From positions 21,452,001 to 21,516,000 of the forward strand of contig NC_043004.1 in the NCBI RefSeq assembly GCF_006345805.1: a DNA stretch of 64,000 bases, in the 5' to 3' direction. Below are positions 63,441 to 64,000 of the stretch, one piece after another; position 1 is the stretch's first letter; every line of letters starts with the position of its first letter. The DNA is from Octopus sinensis (taxonomy: Eukaryota). Position numbers and translations under genes: made by a program. Under the pieces are notes generated by a model, which saw only the letters and a program-made list of their open reading frames with translations, was not told the origin of the DNA and made no database searches.

Positions 63441-64000
63441 TTAGGTCGTCATGTATGAAATTTGTAGTAAAGTAAATGGTAAACTTTGACAGCTGCTCAT
63501 TTTGCGCCATTATTATATTTTAAAAATCTTTATTTTTTTGTTAGAAAGCTGGTACATCTATTTCTTTATTCTAACTCATTTTGCACTTTATAAAGTATTT
63601 ATAAATCGTTTTTTGCTATTTTTGTTTAGAGATGGCTAAGTCAGAAATTCATACAGTTTTGAAATATGAGTTCTTTCTAGGAAATTCAGCATCACAGACA
63701 GCTTGGAATATCAATGGAGTATTTCATTCTGATGTTATTACAAAGCAGACAGTATCAAATTGGTTTTCAATATTTCAGTCTGGTAACTTTGACCGCATAA
63801 ATGAGCAATGCAGTCGACTGGAAACAAAGGTGGATAGTGACAAACTGAAAGCATCTCAAAGTGCCCGTGAATTATTGTTGTTGTTTGGTGCTAACAAGCG
63901 AACAATATTGACTCACTTAGTTCAAATCTGTAAAGTGAAAAAGTTGGATAGGTGGGTTCCCCATGAACTCAATGAAAATCAGAAACAGCAACGTTTGGAA
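63441..64000 (+). mobile_element. Mariner transposon 5' part, transposase frame open to the window end
   Basis: TA|ttaggtcgtc TIR-like start. The ATG at 63632 opens 123 stop-free codons, MAKSEIHTVLKYEFFLG...NWFSIFQSGNF...KKLDRWVPHELNENQKQQRLE, including the mariner WVPHEL motif. Confidence 0.9.

Overview
This is an AT-rich, repeat-dense eukaryotic window. The SINE, LINE and microsatellite content points to a cephalopod, most likely Octopus (inference). I cannot support any host protein-coding exon, tRNA or rRNA gene, or CRISPR array. Almost every ORF in the supplied track is a translated microsatellite, a SINE read-through or a decayed transposon fragment. The window holds about 30 tRNA-derived SINE copies from at least three families and a dozen RTE-clade LINE fragments from several lineages, plus their 3' tails. 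It also holds four mariner (DD34D-type) elements, one maT/DD37D-like element, hAT and other MITEs, and Penelope-like remnants (a GIY-YIG fragment and decayed hammerhead ribozyme cores). The most notable signals are five local copy-and-paste rearrangements that look like microhomology-mediated template switching: fold-back palindromes at 6841-7206, 7261-7902 and 27166-27546, a templated insertion at 59753-60036, and a block permutation at 32948-34545. Also notable are a candidate hammerhead ribozyme at 62128-62203 and a 96-bp TIR element carrying a perfect RFX X-box palindrome. All alignments and family assignments were made by eye and need database confirmation.
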